A stretch of DNA of 62,357 nt from positions 1-62,357 of the IMG/VR virus record IMGVR_UViG_3300017734_000004; one strand, given 5' to 3'. This document shows positions 16,922 to 26,704 of the stretch, in pieces. Within the stretch, counting starts at the first letter, position 1; each line of letters begins with the position of its first letter. Below the pieces are notes generated by a model. That model saw only the letters and a list, made by a program, of their open reading frames with translations. It made no database searches and had not been told where the DNA came from. The position numbers and the translations under genes are program-made. This DNA is from a virus (taxonomy: Duplodnaviria; Caudoviricetes).

Positions 16922-17375
16922 TTCAGTAAACTTAGATGTATCGGAGGTTCTTGACATTACATGTCGCCAGGGGGACACCTTTGAACTTACTGTAACCCTT
17001 AAGGATTCTAGTGGTACGGGCTTAACTCTTGTCACGTCTAGCTATGCATTTGTAATGCAGGTGTGGGCTACAGGAAGAAAGTCTAGAAGTCCTTTGATTG
17101 CAACAACGGAGAGAGGCCTTAAGGGCAGCAATCTTAATACTGCAGAGATTCCTGGTGGCGCATATTTTGAGCCATTTGTTGTAGATGATAGCGGCAACGT
17201 AACGATTAAAGCTACTGCTGCGACTATGCGAAATGTTCCTCCTGGTCGCCATGTTTATGATCTGCAGTTTATTCTTCCAACAGCATCGGGTGTAGACACA
17301 CACACTACAGTGTTGCGCGGGTCATTTACCATCAATGAAGATGTAACCAAAGCAACTAGCAGTGCAAGAAGATGA
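16914..17375 (+). CDS. BppU-N-like Ig adaptor protein
   Basis: DITCRQGDTF, YDLQ, LRGSFTINEDVT. Confidence 0.65.
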   Translation: MSNSVNLDVSEVLDITCRQGDTFELTVTLKDSSGTGLTLVTSSYAFVMQVWATGRKSRSPLIATTERGLKGSNLNTAEIPGGAYFEPFVVDDSGNVTIKATAATMRNVPPGRHVYDLQFILPTASGVDTHTTVLRGSFTINEDVTKATSSARR

Positions 17376-19282
17376 GTGTAACTGTATCATCAACACAGGG
17401 GAATACTGTAGAGGTTTCTGTTTCTGGCAGTAACGCGCTTAGCTTCACTCAGACAACAAGCACTGTATCTGTTGCTTCTCCTGTAGCAAACAGTTTTGTT
17501 GTTACATCAAAAGGTCCAAAAGGCGACAAGGGAGATACTGGAGCAACAGGTGCAACAGGAGCTACAGGAGCTGCTGGATCTGACGGCAGATCATATTCTG
17601 TCTCATGCGTAGATGGAGACAACAGTGATGAAGAGAAGATCAGATTATCTGACAGCGCTGGAGTAAATGATGACGTGGTCCTAGAGGCTGGCACGGGACT
17701 TTCCATTGCTAGGTCTGGAGATAAGATTACATTTACAAATACTGTAACCGATACTGACACTGTCTTGACTTCTGAGCAGGTTCAGGATATCGTGGGAGCC
17801 ATGTTTAGCGGCAATACAGAGACAAGGATATCAGCCACGTATCAAGATGATGATGGAAACATTGACTTAGTTGTTGATGCTATTCCTGTAGACCTTACAT
17901 CTGATGGAGCAGGTACGATACACGCAAACAATGTTCCTACCCTTAACCAAAGCACTACTGGTAACGCAGCTACAGTAACAACTAATGCAAACCTAACAGG
18001 CCACATTACATCCACTGGTAATGCCGCTGTTTTAGGTTCTTTTAGTGTGGCTCAACTTAGCACTGCTCTTTCAGATGCTACTATATCAGGAAACAATACA
18101 GGCGATCAAACTACTGTTTCAGGGTCTTCAGGTTCGTGTACGGGAAATGCTGCAACAGCTACAGCACTTGCCACAGCTAGAGCAATCAATGGTGTGGACT
18201 TTGACGGTACTGCACCTATCACGGTTACTGCTGCTGGCTCTACACTGTCTGATACTGTTACCGTAGCCAAAGGGGGCACGGGGGCTACCACCTTAACGTC
18301 AAACGCACTGCTTACAGGGAATGGAACTTCTGCAATTCAAGCTGAAGCTGACCTAACTTTTGATGGTGGTGATCTGTCTGTAAGTTCTTCTGTTTCAAAT
18401 AAGCCGTCTCTTTTACTTAACAACACCAATACCAATGGCTTAGCACCTCAGCTTGTGTTTAAAAAGAGCACTACTGGGGCGGATGGAGATGATCTTGGTA
18501 AGATTTTTTTTAACGGACTTGACGCCGCAGACAATGATCAAACTTTTGGCTTTATTCTTTGTGAGATAGACGAGGCAGACGATGGCTCCGAAGAGGGCAA
18601 GATGACAATCAAGGTAGCCAGTCACGATGGAGAGTTACAGCCAGGGTTAATTGTCACAAGTGGAGCGTCTGAAGATGTAGTAAATGTTACCCTAGGCAAT
18701 GGCAGTTGTGCAGTCAATACTGCTGGTACTTTTACTGGTGCCGCTGTTAATGTTGGGATTTATAAAATTGGCGGACACGCCATCAATGATGTAGATCTAG
18801 CTGGTGAGTTTGTAGATTCTGATGAGCACCTTATGACATCAGCAGCTATCAACGATCGTATTGCAGCGGTTGGCGGTGGTTCGGACGGTTGGCATGGTTC
18901 AACGACAAGAATTAAAATTTTGCCTAGAGACTTTATTGCTGACGACGGTGGTAGACCCCTTTTTATAGATGATACTAATATTGGTATAGATCAACTGTTT
19001 TTAGAGTCATTTTCTTCCAATCCAATCTATGCATCAATTGCAATACCTACGGGGTTTAAAGCAACACACGTTAAAATTAATGGATCTGCTGCAGATGCCG
19101 TTGAGGTTTGGGAGTTTCAGATTGATTCTAAAACAGGCGTTAGCAAAGGAACTGGTAACGTAGGTACAGAGATTGATATAACAGATGTAACTAGCTCTAC
19201 AACTAATTATTTATTTATAGGGATAGCCAATGCTTCAGGCAATGAGGTTCACGGTGGTTACGTAACAATAGCAGCAGTATAA
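17372..19282 (+). CDS. Tail fibre protein with a collagen-like segment
   Basis: 8 Gly-X-Y triplets (~17513-17587), GNAATATALATARAINGV.FDG, VAKGGTGAT. Confidence 0.85.
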   Translation: MSVTVSSTQGNTVEVSVSGSNALSFTQTTSTVSVASPVANSFVVTSKGPKGDKGDTGATGATGATGAAGSDGRSYSVSCVDGDNSDEEKIRLSDSAGVNDDVVLEAGTGLSIARSGDKITFTNTVTDTDTVLTSEQVQDIVGAMFSGNTETRISATYQDDDGNIDLVVDAIPVDLTSDGAGTIHANNVPTLNQSTTGNAATVTTNANLTGHITSTGNAAVLGSFSVAQLSTALSDATISGNNTGDQTTVSGSSGSCTGNAATATALATARAINGVDFDGTAPITVTAAGSTLSDTVTVAKGGTGATTLTSNALLTGNGTSAIQAEADLTFDGGDLSVSSSVSNKPSLLLNNTNTNGLAPQLVFKKSTTGADGDDLGKIFFNGLDAADNDQTFGFILCEIDEADDGSEEGKMTIKVASHDGELQPGLIVTSGASEDVVNVTLGNGSCAVNTAGTFTGAAVNVGIYKIGGHAINDVDLAGEFVDSDEHLMTSAAINDRIAAVGGGSDGWHGSTTRIKILPRDFIADDGGRPLFIDDTNIGIDQLFLESFSSNPIYASIAIPTGFKATHVKINGSAADAVEVWEFQIDSKTGVSKGTGNVGTEIDITDVTSSTTNYLFIGIANASGNEVHGGYVTIAAV

Positions 19283-19283
19283 C

Positions 19284-19718
19284 ATGTCATTAACTACAAG
19301 AAAGCACGAGCCCATACACGACAAGACTGGCGATAACTTGGCACGAATCAAAGCAAACTTTGACAATGGCAAACATCTTGATGTCTTAGATTTTGAAGCA
19401 GAGGCTGCAATGATCTATCAGATACAGAAGATGCAAGATGAGCTGGATTACTTAAGGACTGAGATTGCATTGAACAAAGCCAAGGCTGGGATTACATCTA
19501 GTCAGTCAAGCGCTATCACCGCGAACACAGCTAAGACCAGCATGTCTTTAGGCACAAGTTCATCTACTGCTCTTGCTGGTGACACGAAGTTGGTGGGCAT
19601 TGGGTCAAATACTACGCTGTCGTTTGGAGACCTCACTGTATCTAGAGGAACGTATTCGATAACGCTGACTGCAGTCAATGGTCGAGACACAAAGTCAATT
19701 ACTTTGACACTTACGTAA
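19284..19718 (+). CDS. Fibre-associated coiled-coil protein
   Basis: I.ANTAK repeats; follows the fibre gene. Confidence 0.6.
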   Translation: MSLTTRKHEPIHDKTGDNLARIKANFDNGKHLDVLDFEAEAAMIYQIQKMQDELDYLRTEIALNKAKAGITSSQSSAITANTAKTSMSLGTSSSTALAGDTKLVGIGSNTTLSFGDLTVSRGTYSITLTAVNGRDTKSITLTLT

Positions 19719-19722
19719 TCAT

Positions 19723-19730
19723 TATATTTG
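19723..19730 (+). promoter_or_regulatory. Bacteroidota -7 box, probably leaderless
   Basis: TATATTTG, 4 nt before the ATG. Confidence 0.55.
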
Positions 19731-19734
19731 CATC

Positions 19735-19929
19735 ATGGCTCGAGTTGTCAAATACAAAAAAGGAGGCAAGCTTTCTATCAGTAGCAAGAAGGTGTCAGTA
19801 GATCCGCCTTCAGGATATCACTGGATGGAGGAGCAGGGTCGTTACTATTTGATGAAAGGGGATTACAAGCCTCATGCTGGAGCTGTTGCAAAAGCCAAGT
19901 TTAAAGTTGCAAGTCATCCTAAGTCATGA
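19735..19929 (+). CDS. Small basic protein (YKKGG; PPSGYHWM)
   Basis: ORF track. Confidence 0.7.
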   Translation: MARVVKYKKGGKLSISSKKVSVDPPSGYHWMEEQGRYYLMKGDYKPHAGAVAKAKFKVASHPKS

Positions 19930-20111
19930 AGTTCAATCCAAAGTACACTCGTGGCAGCAAGGACTCAGGTAAGAGAAAGCAGCTGATGAAGCAGATCTCT
20001 GACATCTATAAGAAGTACAGAGGCACCAAGGCCAAGAGAAAGAAGAAAGGATTCCCTCCTGCCGTAGAAGCTAGACTCAAAAAGCTTATGGCTCAAAGAG
20101 ATAAGATATGA
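19926..20111 (+). CDS. Small basic protein
   Basis: ORF track; ATGA coupling. Confidence 0.65.
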   Translation: MKFNPKYTRGSKDSGKRKQLMKQISDIYKKYRGTKAKRKKKGFPPAVEARLKKLMAQRDKI

Positions 20112-20341
20112 TTGTACTCAAAAAGGGCGGCAAGTCTAAGAAAAAAAAGAAGGGTAAGAGCTTTGCAAACCTAAGTGCAGCTCAGAAACAGGTTTATCGT
20201 AGAGGCCTTGCGGCATACATGAGCTCGGGCAACAGACCTAAGGTTTCTCAGCACGCTTGGGCTATGGCAAGAGTAAAGTCTGACTTTGGTAAAAAAGAAG
20301 CCGCTAAGATCAGAGCTGGCAAGGGTAAAAAGAAGAAGTAA
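20108..20341 (+). CDS. DUF5824-like basic protein
   Basis: QVYRRGLAAY.SSG.RP..SQHAWAMARV. Confidence 0.65.
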   Translation: MIVLKKGGKSKKKKKGKSFANLSAAQKQVYRRGLAAYMSSGNRPKVSQHAWAMARVKSDFGKKEAAKIRAGKGKKKK

Positions 20342-20349
20342 ATAATAAG

Positions 20350-20357
20350 TATATTTG
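20350..20357 (+). promoter_or_regulatory. Bacteroidota -7 box before the head gene cluster
   Basis: TATATTTG, intergenic. Confidence 0.6.
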
Positions 20358-20375
20358 TGCAAATAACCATCTATT

Positions 20376-20768
20376 ATGGCAACAACAACTGCAACATTGA
20401 CATTATCTAGCGCAGACCTTACTGGTGATGCGCTTTCGTTGTCCACTACGGCAACACTCACCAAGGCTGGCACCGTGACTGGCTTGGATCAAACTACTGG
20501 CGTTGGTCGCAAGACTTACTCATCTACCAGTATCGCAACTCTTGTGGAGAAAGCTGACTATGCTGATGACAAGGCTCACAAGGTCTACATCAGAAATACA
20601 AGCACTGTTGCCACAGAGAATATTGCGATTACCGTTGAGGCTCAACTCTTGGGTAGGCTTTACGCTGGTGATTGGGCTTTGCTTCCATTCAATGGAGATC
20701 AAGACATCAAGGTTACTCCAAGTGTTGCCACTGCTCTGACTGTTGAGTACCTGGTTATTTTTGAATAA
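20376..20768 (+). CDS. Beta-rich virion (decoration) protein
   Basis: ATLTLSS, VYIRN, GDWALLP. Confidence 0.65.
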   Translation: MATTTATLTLSSADLTGDALSLSTTATLTKAGTVTGLDQTTGVGRKTYSSTSIATLVEKADYADDKAHKVYIRNTSTVATENIAITVEAQLLGRLYAGDWALLPFNGDQDIKVTPSVATALTVEYLVIFE

Positions 20769-20770
20769 GA

Positions 20771-21184
20771 ATGGCTACGCTTAGAGCGACATTGACGTTG
20801 AGCAGCGCTTCCGTTTTGGCAAGCCCTGTAAACGTATCTGCAGATTTTTCTGGAGCCGCAGACTCTGGCATTCTTAGCCGAGCTAAGGTTGTGAAGACTG
20901 CTGTAGATGCAAATGCTCTAGAGGTCTATACAGCCAACGACAAAACCGAATCGGCATATCTCTTCATTAAAAATCTGGAGACAGAGAAGGAGACGTATGT
21001 ATACATCTACAATGACACGGACAACGATGGTCTTGTGGCAAAGGTGGGTGGCTCTGAGTTTTGTTTTATTCCCGTTGCAGTGAATAAATCATACAGAGTC
21101 TACGGCACCAAGGTAGATCAGATGGTGGAGTTCGGTGTGTTCGGATTGGACAGCTCAGCTGCAGGACCATTCAACCAAAACTAA
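20771..21184 (+). CDS. Beta-rich virion protein, paralogue of 20376
   Basis: ATLTLSS, LFIKN, SEFCFIP. Confidence 0.65.
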   Translation: MATLRATLTLSSASVLASPVNVSADFSGAADSGILSRAKVVKTAVDANALEVYTANDKTESAYLFIKNLETEKETYVYIYNDTDNDGLVAKVGGSEFCFIPVAVNKSYRVYGTKVDQMVEFGVFGLDSSAAGPFNQN

Positions 21185-21194
21185 TAATTGAGAT

Positions 21195-21560
21195 ATGGCA
21201 ACATTAGCACATCCAGCTACAGCAAATCAGGTTTCTTTTGGTCAGCTTGGCGCTGTCTTTACAAAGAACGGCGCTGCCGCCATTAAACCGCCCACAGGGA
21301 AAGTCTTTGTGGCAATCACCATGCTTGAGGACACCACGTTTGACAGCAGCGGGGGATTGGTTGCAGATATTGCAACTAAGTACTTCAATACTGCAGACGC
21401 TGCAGGTGATCTTGCTGATGGCTCAGAGACGGCAGATGAGGGTAGCGGTGGACTTCAAATCACAAACTCAATGACCTTTCCTAAAGGCGTCACTGTGTTT
21501 GGAAGATGGACTGAGATCGATGTGAACTCAGGTTCCTGCATTGCATACATTTCGGACTAA
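21195..21560 (+). CDS. Putative capsid decoration protein
   Basis: FGQLG, FVAIT.LEDT, FPKGVT.FGRWT. Confidence 0.6.
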   Translation: MATLAHPATANQVSFGQLGAVFTKNGAAAIKPPTGKVFVAITMLEDTTFDSSGGLVADIATKYFNTADAAGDLADGSETADEGSGGLQITNSMTFPKGVTVFGRWTEIDVNSGSCIAYISD

Positions 21561-21584
21561 ACTGTAAACAATTAATTAAATAGA

Positions 21585-22724
21585 ATGAACGAAAATAAAG
21601 ACGCCGTTGGAGGGTTCGAAGTATACGACTCCCCAGATGCGCTCGCTGCAGCTATGTCTGCCGAGCCACAAGTAGAGACACCAACTGAAGAGGCTCCCCA
21701 ACAGGAGTCTCCAGTGGTTTCTGAACCTAACCCAGAGCCAGCTGCAGAGCCACAAGTAGAAACTACTTCTGAGCCGCAGGCGCAACAGCCTGTATCTGAG
21801 CAAGTTGAACAGGTTAGTCAAAGTGAATTCACTCAGCAAAATAATGCTGACGATGAAGAATATAGTGAGGAAGACATGGAGAAAGCTGTCATCTCATACT
21901 TGAGCGAGAAGCTCAACAGAGATGTATCTTCTCTTGATGACCTCATGCCTAAACAAAACCCATTAGACGAAAGGGTGGAGGCAATTGCCAAGTTCGTAGC
22001 GGAGACAGGAAGAGCTCCCAAGGACTGGTTTACTTATCAATCATTGAGCACATCTGAGATGGATGATGCGACTTTGGTTAAGGTGGACATGGCATTGCAG
22101 TATCCTAATCTTTCTGCTGATGAGGTAAACACTCTCGTTCTGAATAAGTACAAGCTTGATCCAGGCAAGTACTCAGAGGATGAAGTCAAAATTGGAGCCC
22201 TTCAGATGAAGGTCGATGCAGCCAGTGCCAAGAATCAGATTGAAGAGCAACGCATGAGATATGCTGCTCCTGAGGCTGAGCAAAAGACTGCGGAAAAAGA
22301 AAGCTTTATCAATGATGAGTGGGTCTCAACTATGAGACAGGAAGTCAACGATTTGGATGGATTGGAATTTGATCTAGGCAATGAGAAGACTTTCACTTTC
22401 GGACTGGATGATCGATACAAACAGGACCTTGTGAATAAGAACGCTCGTCTTGACGAGTACTTTGACGCATACGTCCACAACGACGGAAGCTGGGATTTTG
22501 ACAAGCTTAACTCTCATCGCGCCATTCTCGACAACATCGACGCTATTGTGTCGTCCACTTACAGGCAAGGCCTTAGTGATGGTCAGAAGGGTGTGGTGCA
22601 GAACGCGGCTAACGTCTCTACTCAGGTTCCTCAACAGAGTTCTGATCCCAATGCTAACCCACTCGGGGAGCAGCTTAAAAACATTATGGGACGGACCTCT
22701 AACAAACTTACTTTTAAAATCTAA
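21585..22724 (+). CDS. Capsid scaffolding protein
   Basis: Acidic P/E/Q-rich N-terminus, helical, directly upstream of the capsid gene. Confidence 0.7.
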   Translation: MNENKDAVGGFEVYDSPDALAAAMSAEPQVETPTEEAPQQESPVVSEPNPEPAAEPQVETTSEPQAQQPVSEQVEQVSQSEFTQQNNADDEEYSEEDMEKAVISYLSEKLNRDVSSLDDLMPKQNPLDERVEAIAKFVAETGRAPKDWFTYQSLSTSEMDDATLVKVDMALQYPNLSADEVNTLVLNKYKLDPGKYSEDEVKIGALQMKVDAASAKNQIEEQRMRYAAPEAEQKTAEKESFINDEWVSTMRQEVNDLDGLEFDLGNEKTFTFGLDDRYKQDLVNKNARLDEYFDAYVHNDGSWDFDKLNSHRAILDNIDAIVSSTYRQGLSDGQKGVVQNAANVSTQVPQQSSDPNANPLGEQLKNIMGRTSNKLTFKI

Positions 22725-22736
22725 AGCTAGAAAATT

Positions 22737-24161
22737 ATGGCTACTATTACTGGGGCAGCTCTAGACCAGGCTTCACAAGACCTGCGTTTGACGCCCGAAA
22801 AATACACGACTATTGACAACCTGCTCAAGACGACTAAGGATTTCGTCTTGCCTGACTTGGTGGAGTCTTACGGAGACCAGGGTATCACTGGATTTTTGAA
22901 ACTCGTTGGCGCTGTGAACTCAGGCGGTACTTCTGACCAGATTGACTGGTGGGAAGCTGGCCGTCGCCACAGAGTTATTGGTGGTGCTCTCGCATCATCT
23001 GCTGCTGGTGGAACTGCAAACACTCCAGGTACTGCTGTCTTTACTGTTGACGACACCCTTTCTGGTGACACCACAGACAGCTCTAAAGGATTGGTTCAGG
23101 CCAACGACGTCCTCATGAACGCAGAGACGGGCACTCGTTACCTCGTAAACGAAGCTCCTGCAACTGCTGATGCTGCTTTGAAGTTGGAGCGCCTCGACGG
23201 TTTGCAGGCTACACCTAATGAAGATGGTACTACTACCAAGATGATTCACATTGGTAACATCTACGCTCAGGGTACAGATCAGCCAACTCACTTCCACGAC
23301 GCTGATGTCATCAAGCGTAGCAATCCATTCCAGATCGTAAAGGATCGCTACCAAGTCAATGGATCACAGGCAACCAACATTGGTTGGGTGAACCTTGGCA
23401 ATGGCGACTACCGCTGGTTCATGTACGGTGAGGCTGAGGCTCGTAAGCGCTTCGAAGATCGCAGAGAGATGATGTTGCTCTTCGGTGAGAAGAACGCAGC
23501 TACTGCTCAGCACAACACTGACAACGATCTCGGTCAAAACATTGCTGGTTCTGAGGGTTACATCACCGCTGTTGAAGACAGAGGTATCGTCGTTTCTAAT
23601 GCAAACGCCAACCCTATGGATAGCTTTGCTGAGTTCGATGATTTGATCTTGGAGTTGGACAAGCAGGGTGCTCCTTCTGAGTACGCTATGTACTTGAACA
23701 GAAAGCAGGACTTGGCTGTTGACGATATGTTGGCTTCTGGTGTTTCTACTGGTGTGACTGCAGGTTTGGCTGGTCAATTCGGCGCGTTCAACAACGATGC
23801 TGACATGGCTGTGAAGCTCGGCTTTAAGTCATTCACTCGCGGAGGTTACACTTTCCACAAGCACGACTGGAAGCTCTTGAACGATCCTACCCTGTTGGGT
23901 TCTGGAAACTTCTTGCAGGGCGCTATGATTCCTTTGGCTAATATTGCTGATGCTCGTTCAGGCGCTACTGCACCTGCACTCTCAATGTTCTACAAGGAAG
24001 CCAATGGCTACTCTCGTGAGATGGAGCACTGGGTGACTGGCGGCGGTGTTATGGGTCACACCAACGGCGACGCTGGTAATGACTCTATGACATTCCACTA
24101 CCGCTCAGAGGTTGCTATGTGTGTCCGCGCTGCTAACCAGCACGTGGTCATCAAGGGATAA
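22737..24161 (+). CDS. Major capsid protein
   Basis: 474 aa; YGDQGITGFL, W.E.GR.H, KD.Y.VNGS, LGFKSF.RG.Y.F.K.DWK.LND; strongly biased codon usage. Confidence 0.88.
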   Translation: MATITGAALDQASQDLRLTPEKYTTIDNLLKTTKDFVLPDLVESYGDQGITGFLKLVGAVNSGGTSDQIDWWEAGRRHRVIGGALASSAAGGTANTPGTAVFTVDDTLSGDTTDSSKGLVQANDVLMNAETGTRYLVNEAPATADAALKLERLDGLQATPNEDGTTTKMIHIGNIYAQGTDQPTHFHDADVIKRSNPFQIVKDRYQVNGSQATNIGWVNLGNGDYRWFMYGEAEARKRFEDRREMMLLFGEKNAATAQHNTDNDLGQNIAGSEGYITAVEDRGIVVSNANANPMDSFAEFDDLILELDKQGAPSEYAMYLNRKQDLAVDDMLASGVSTGVTAGLAGQFGAFNNDADMAVKLGFKSFTRGGYTFHKHDWKLLNDPTLLGSGNFLQGAMIPLANIADARSGATAPALSMFYKEANGYSREMEHWVTGGGVMGHTNGDAGNDSMTFHYRSEVAMCVRAANQHVVIKG

Positions 24162-24178
24162 TAATTAACCTGAAGTAA

Positions 24179-24203
24179 GAGAGGGGGCAATGGGTCTCCT
24201 CTC
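24179..24203 (+). promoter_or_regulatory. Hairpin after the capsid gene (stabiliser or attenuator)
   Basis: GAGAGGGGGC / GTCTCCTCTC; no U-tract. Confidence 0.45.
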
Positions 24204-24225
24204 AAGCTTCTTAATACTTTTAACT

Positions 24226-24591
24226 ATGGGTGTAGCTACACGAAACTCCATTCTAAAAGATAGTCCTAAGTACCTGTTTTTCAGGGAGACGACAGCAAAG
24301 TATCGTTGCTTCCCCGTAAATTCTCTTCTGGGTTTTTCAGATGACGCGAACGCTGCCACGGGACTTATTCTCTACTTCTGCCCTACAAATGACTTTAGCA
24401 CAGGGTACTACTCTTACATTGAGCTGACGGTTGCAAATCATGAAGATGCAATCAAGGATATCATGGATCAAATTAATTTCAGCAAACAAGCTGTAGTTAC
24501 GGTTGCAGATGTCGTTGATAGCAATTTCTTGAGCGCTAACATCAGTGCTTGCGTTGTTCCAGATGGTGTTGTGAATGGCGACCAAACATAA
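24226..24591 (+). CDS. Post-capsid paralogue 1
   Basis: KYLFF...CFPV..L.G...INFSK.AVVTVAD. Confidence 0.7.
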   Translation: MGVATRNSILKDSPKYLFFRETTAKYRCFPVNSLLGFSDDANAATGLILYFCPTNDFSTGYYSYIELTVANHEDAIKDIMDQINFSKQAVVTVADVVDSNFLSANISACVVPDGVVNGDQT

Positions 24592-24596
24592 ATGAT

Positions 24597-24944
24597 ATGA
24601 AAAAAGTTTTATTGTTTAAAAGCACAAGCGACTCTACTGTTGCTTTTCCAGCAGATAGATTTACTGGGATATTTCGCAACGCTGACGAGGACATCAAGTT
24701 CTTTTTCGACGACATGCAGAATACCGTAGCAAAAGCAGGGATGGCACACCTTCAGATGCCTGCAGGTATTACTGATACTGAGTTGAAGGATTACATGAAG
24801 GCCTTGGTTGCTGAAATCAATGAGGGAAAATCTCCCACCATCCTTATTTATGACGCAGCAAATGACACAGGATTTGGTGATTCTGGGACTAGCGGTCATC
24901 CAATTTTTTCAGGCTTCGACGATCTAGTAACTCACGGAGCATAA
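24597..24944 (+). CDS. Post-capsid paralogue 2
   Basis: KVLLF...AFPA..F.G...KFFF...EIN.GK. Confidence 0.7.
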   Translation: MKKVLLFKSTSDSTVAFPADRFTGIFRNADEDIKFFFDDMQNTVAKAGMAHLQMPAGITDTELKDYMKALVAEINEGKSPTILIYDAANDTGFGDSGTSGHPIFSGFDDLVTHGA

Positions 24945-24954
24945 TCATATTATC

Positions 24955-25278
24955 ATGGGAACAGAATATAAATTTTTCTACGTAAAGGGAACTACTAAAA
25001 GAGACTTCCTGTTGGCGTCAAATCAACTTCAAGGCGTTGTTGATACTGATGTAGACACTGTAAGTTTTCGATTTGAGAACCTTGGCTTGGATAGAGATGG
25101 CACAGAAGCTCAAGTGGCTTTTGACATCACTTCTGGAAACGCAAAGAAATTTTGCGAAGATGTTTTTGATCATCACGCAAAAAATGCGTTTACAGTTATT
25201 GCTGACGACATTGATATCGAAAGTGTCTCAGCTGAATACGCTGGCGGCGCTGTTACAGTTTCAAATGAAATTGCATAA
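24955..25278 (+). CDS. Post-capsid paralogue 3
   Basis: KFFYV...LQG...FRF...FTVIADD. Confidence 0.7.
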   Translation: MGTEYKFFYVKGTTKRDFLLASNQLQGVVDTDVDTVSFRFENLGLDRDGTEAQVAFDITSGNAKKFCEDVFDHHAKNAFTVIADDIDIESVSAEYAGGAVTVSNEIA

Positions 25279-25289
25279 CACATAAGAAA

Positions 25290-25315
25290 CAGGGGGCTTC
25301 GGCCTCCTGCTTTTT
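25290..25315 (+). terminator. Intrinsic terminator
   Basis: CAGGGGGC-TTCG-GCCTCCTG followed by CTTTTT. Confidence 0.8.
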
Positions 25316-25370
25316 ACTTTTACATTAACAGTTAGGTGAGGATACTCCTCAGCTATAAGAAATAACTAAG

Positions 25371-25697
25371 ATGTTAAAATTTTTATACTTTGCCGACGGT
25401 GATGCAGACGGAGGCGATACTGGTTGTTTGCCAGTAACTCTGCTTCGTGAGATCAGGGTAGACACCGCTAGTGATGGTGTTCAGTTTAGATTTAAAGATG
25501 TTGGAGACGGCATTGGAAATGAGATCTTGATCAAAATCAATACAACAACAGACAAAGCAAAAGATGTTGCAGATGCTGTTGCTGAGGCTATCCGATCAAG
25601 CAAAAATCCTTTTATTGTTGTTTGCGATGACTTGAGTCAACAATATATTCACCCAGATGTCACCTCACTTCAAGATGGCGCCGTAAGCATTGCATGA
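25371..25697 (+). CDS. Post-capsid paralogue 4
   Basis: KFLYF...CLPV...FRFK...SKNPFIVVCDD...YIHPDVT. Confidence 0.72.
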   Translation: MLKFLYFADGDADGGDTGCLPVTLLREIRVDTASDGVQFRFKDVGDGIGNEILIKINTTTDKAKDVADAVAEAIRSSKNPFIVVCDDLSQQYIHPDVTSLQDGAVSIA

Positions 25698-26605
25698 TCA
25701 TGGATACTACTAAAAAATACCTGTACTTCAATAACGACACAGGCGACACAGATGGTTCTGTAATGATGCCCGTATCAACCTGTGTTGGATTTGAAACAAC
25801 TGGCGCAAGCGATGTAAAGTTTTACTTTAAGTCTGCTCCCGATACTGATACTCTTGATATACAGCTGGATAGAACAGCTGACAGCAATCCGAGAGAACTG
25901 TTTGAGCATATTGTAAATGCAATAAATTTTTCAAAGGATGCAGTTGTTACTGTTGGTGATGATTTTACTGGAAAATACATTCATCCAGACATTACCGCCG
26001 TCAACAATATTTCAGACGCCGCTGACTCTGTAATTAAGTTTCAGGGTCATGTTCAGTCTAACATCACTTCTGCAAATCCAGCAGGCGCAGGAGCTCCAAT
26101 AAGGTCTACCAATGTTGGTGAGATAAACTCTGAGATCATCACTACAATTTTTGTTGACTTATCGACGACTAGTACATCGGCTGTTGCATCGGCGACAGCT
26201 GATCATGCGATTGGCGTACCAGGCACAGGCGGTGGTGGCGCGGATGAACCAGCATACATTACTCAAGTGACAGAAGCCGTTAATGGTATTGTATACGCAG
26301 GTGAGCTTATCTGTTTGGAGGCTCCAGGAGGCGCCAGCACTACCGTAGGGCTTTCATCGTCAAGCTCAGGCACCGTTACACAGGGTCAAGACGCTACGGG
26401 CGTTGAGAGGATTACAGAAGCGGTTCAAGCAATCGGTGATAGAACTCAATTTAACCTCGCTGACGCAGCTAATAACCCAGTTCACAATGCTGGAATCCCA
26501 GATACTCGCTACCTATATCTGTATCATGGCTCGGGCGCTGCGGGAACATATAACGCAGGAAAATTTCTTATTAGACTTTACGGCGCCAAGACTACGGGCC
26601 TGTAA
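25694..26605 (+). CDS. Post-capsid paralogue 5 with a C-terminal beta domain
   Basis: KYLYF...INFSKDAVVTVGDD...YIHPDIT; ends GTYNAGKFLIRLYG. Confidence 0.75.
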   Translation: MIMDTTKKYLYFNNDTGDTDGSVMMPVSTCVGFETTGASDVKFYFKSAPDTDTLDIQLDRTADSNPRELFEHIVNAINFSKDAVVTVGDDFTGKYIHPDITAVNNISDAADSVIKFQGHVQSNITSANPAGAGAPIRSTNVGEINSEIITTIFVDLSTTSTSAVASATADHAIGVPGTGGGGADEPAYITQVTEAVNGIVYAGELICLEAPGGASTTVGLSSSSSGTVTQGQDATGVERITEAVQAIGDRTQFNLADAANNPVHNAGIPDTRYLYLYHGSGAAGTYNAGKFLIRLYGAKTTGL

Positions 26606-26621
26606 CGCTAAACGATTCAAC

Positions 26622-26650
26622 AGAAAGGGCTCCTTCGGGGGCCTTTTTCT
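26622..26650 (+). terminator. Intrinsic terminator
   Basis: AGAAAGGGCTCC-TTCG-GGGGCCTTTTTCT. Confidence 0.8.
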
Positions 26651-26656
26651 TTTTGC

Positions 26657-26684
26657 TATATTTGCAATATGAGGGCTATCTTTG
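26657..26684 (+). promoter_or_regulatory. Two tandem -7 boxes
   Basis: TATATTTG (26657) and TATCTTTG (26677), right after the terminator. Confidence 0.55.
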
Positions 26685-26704
26685 TACACAGTTGAATTTA
26701 CTTG

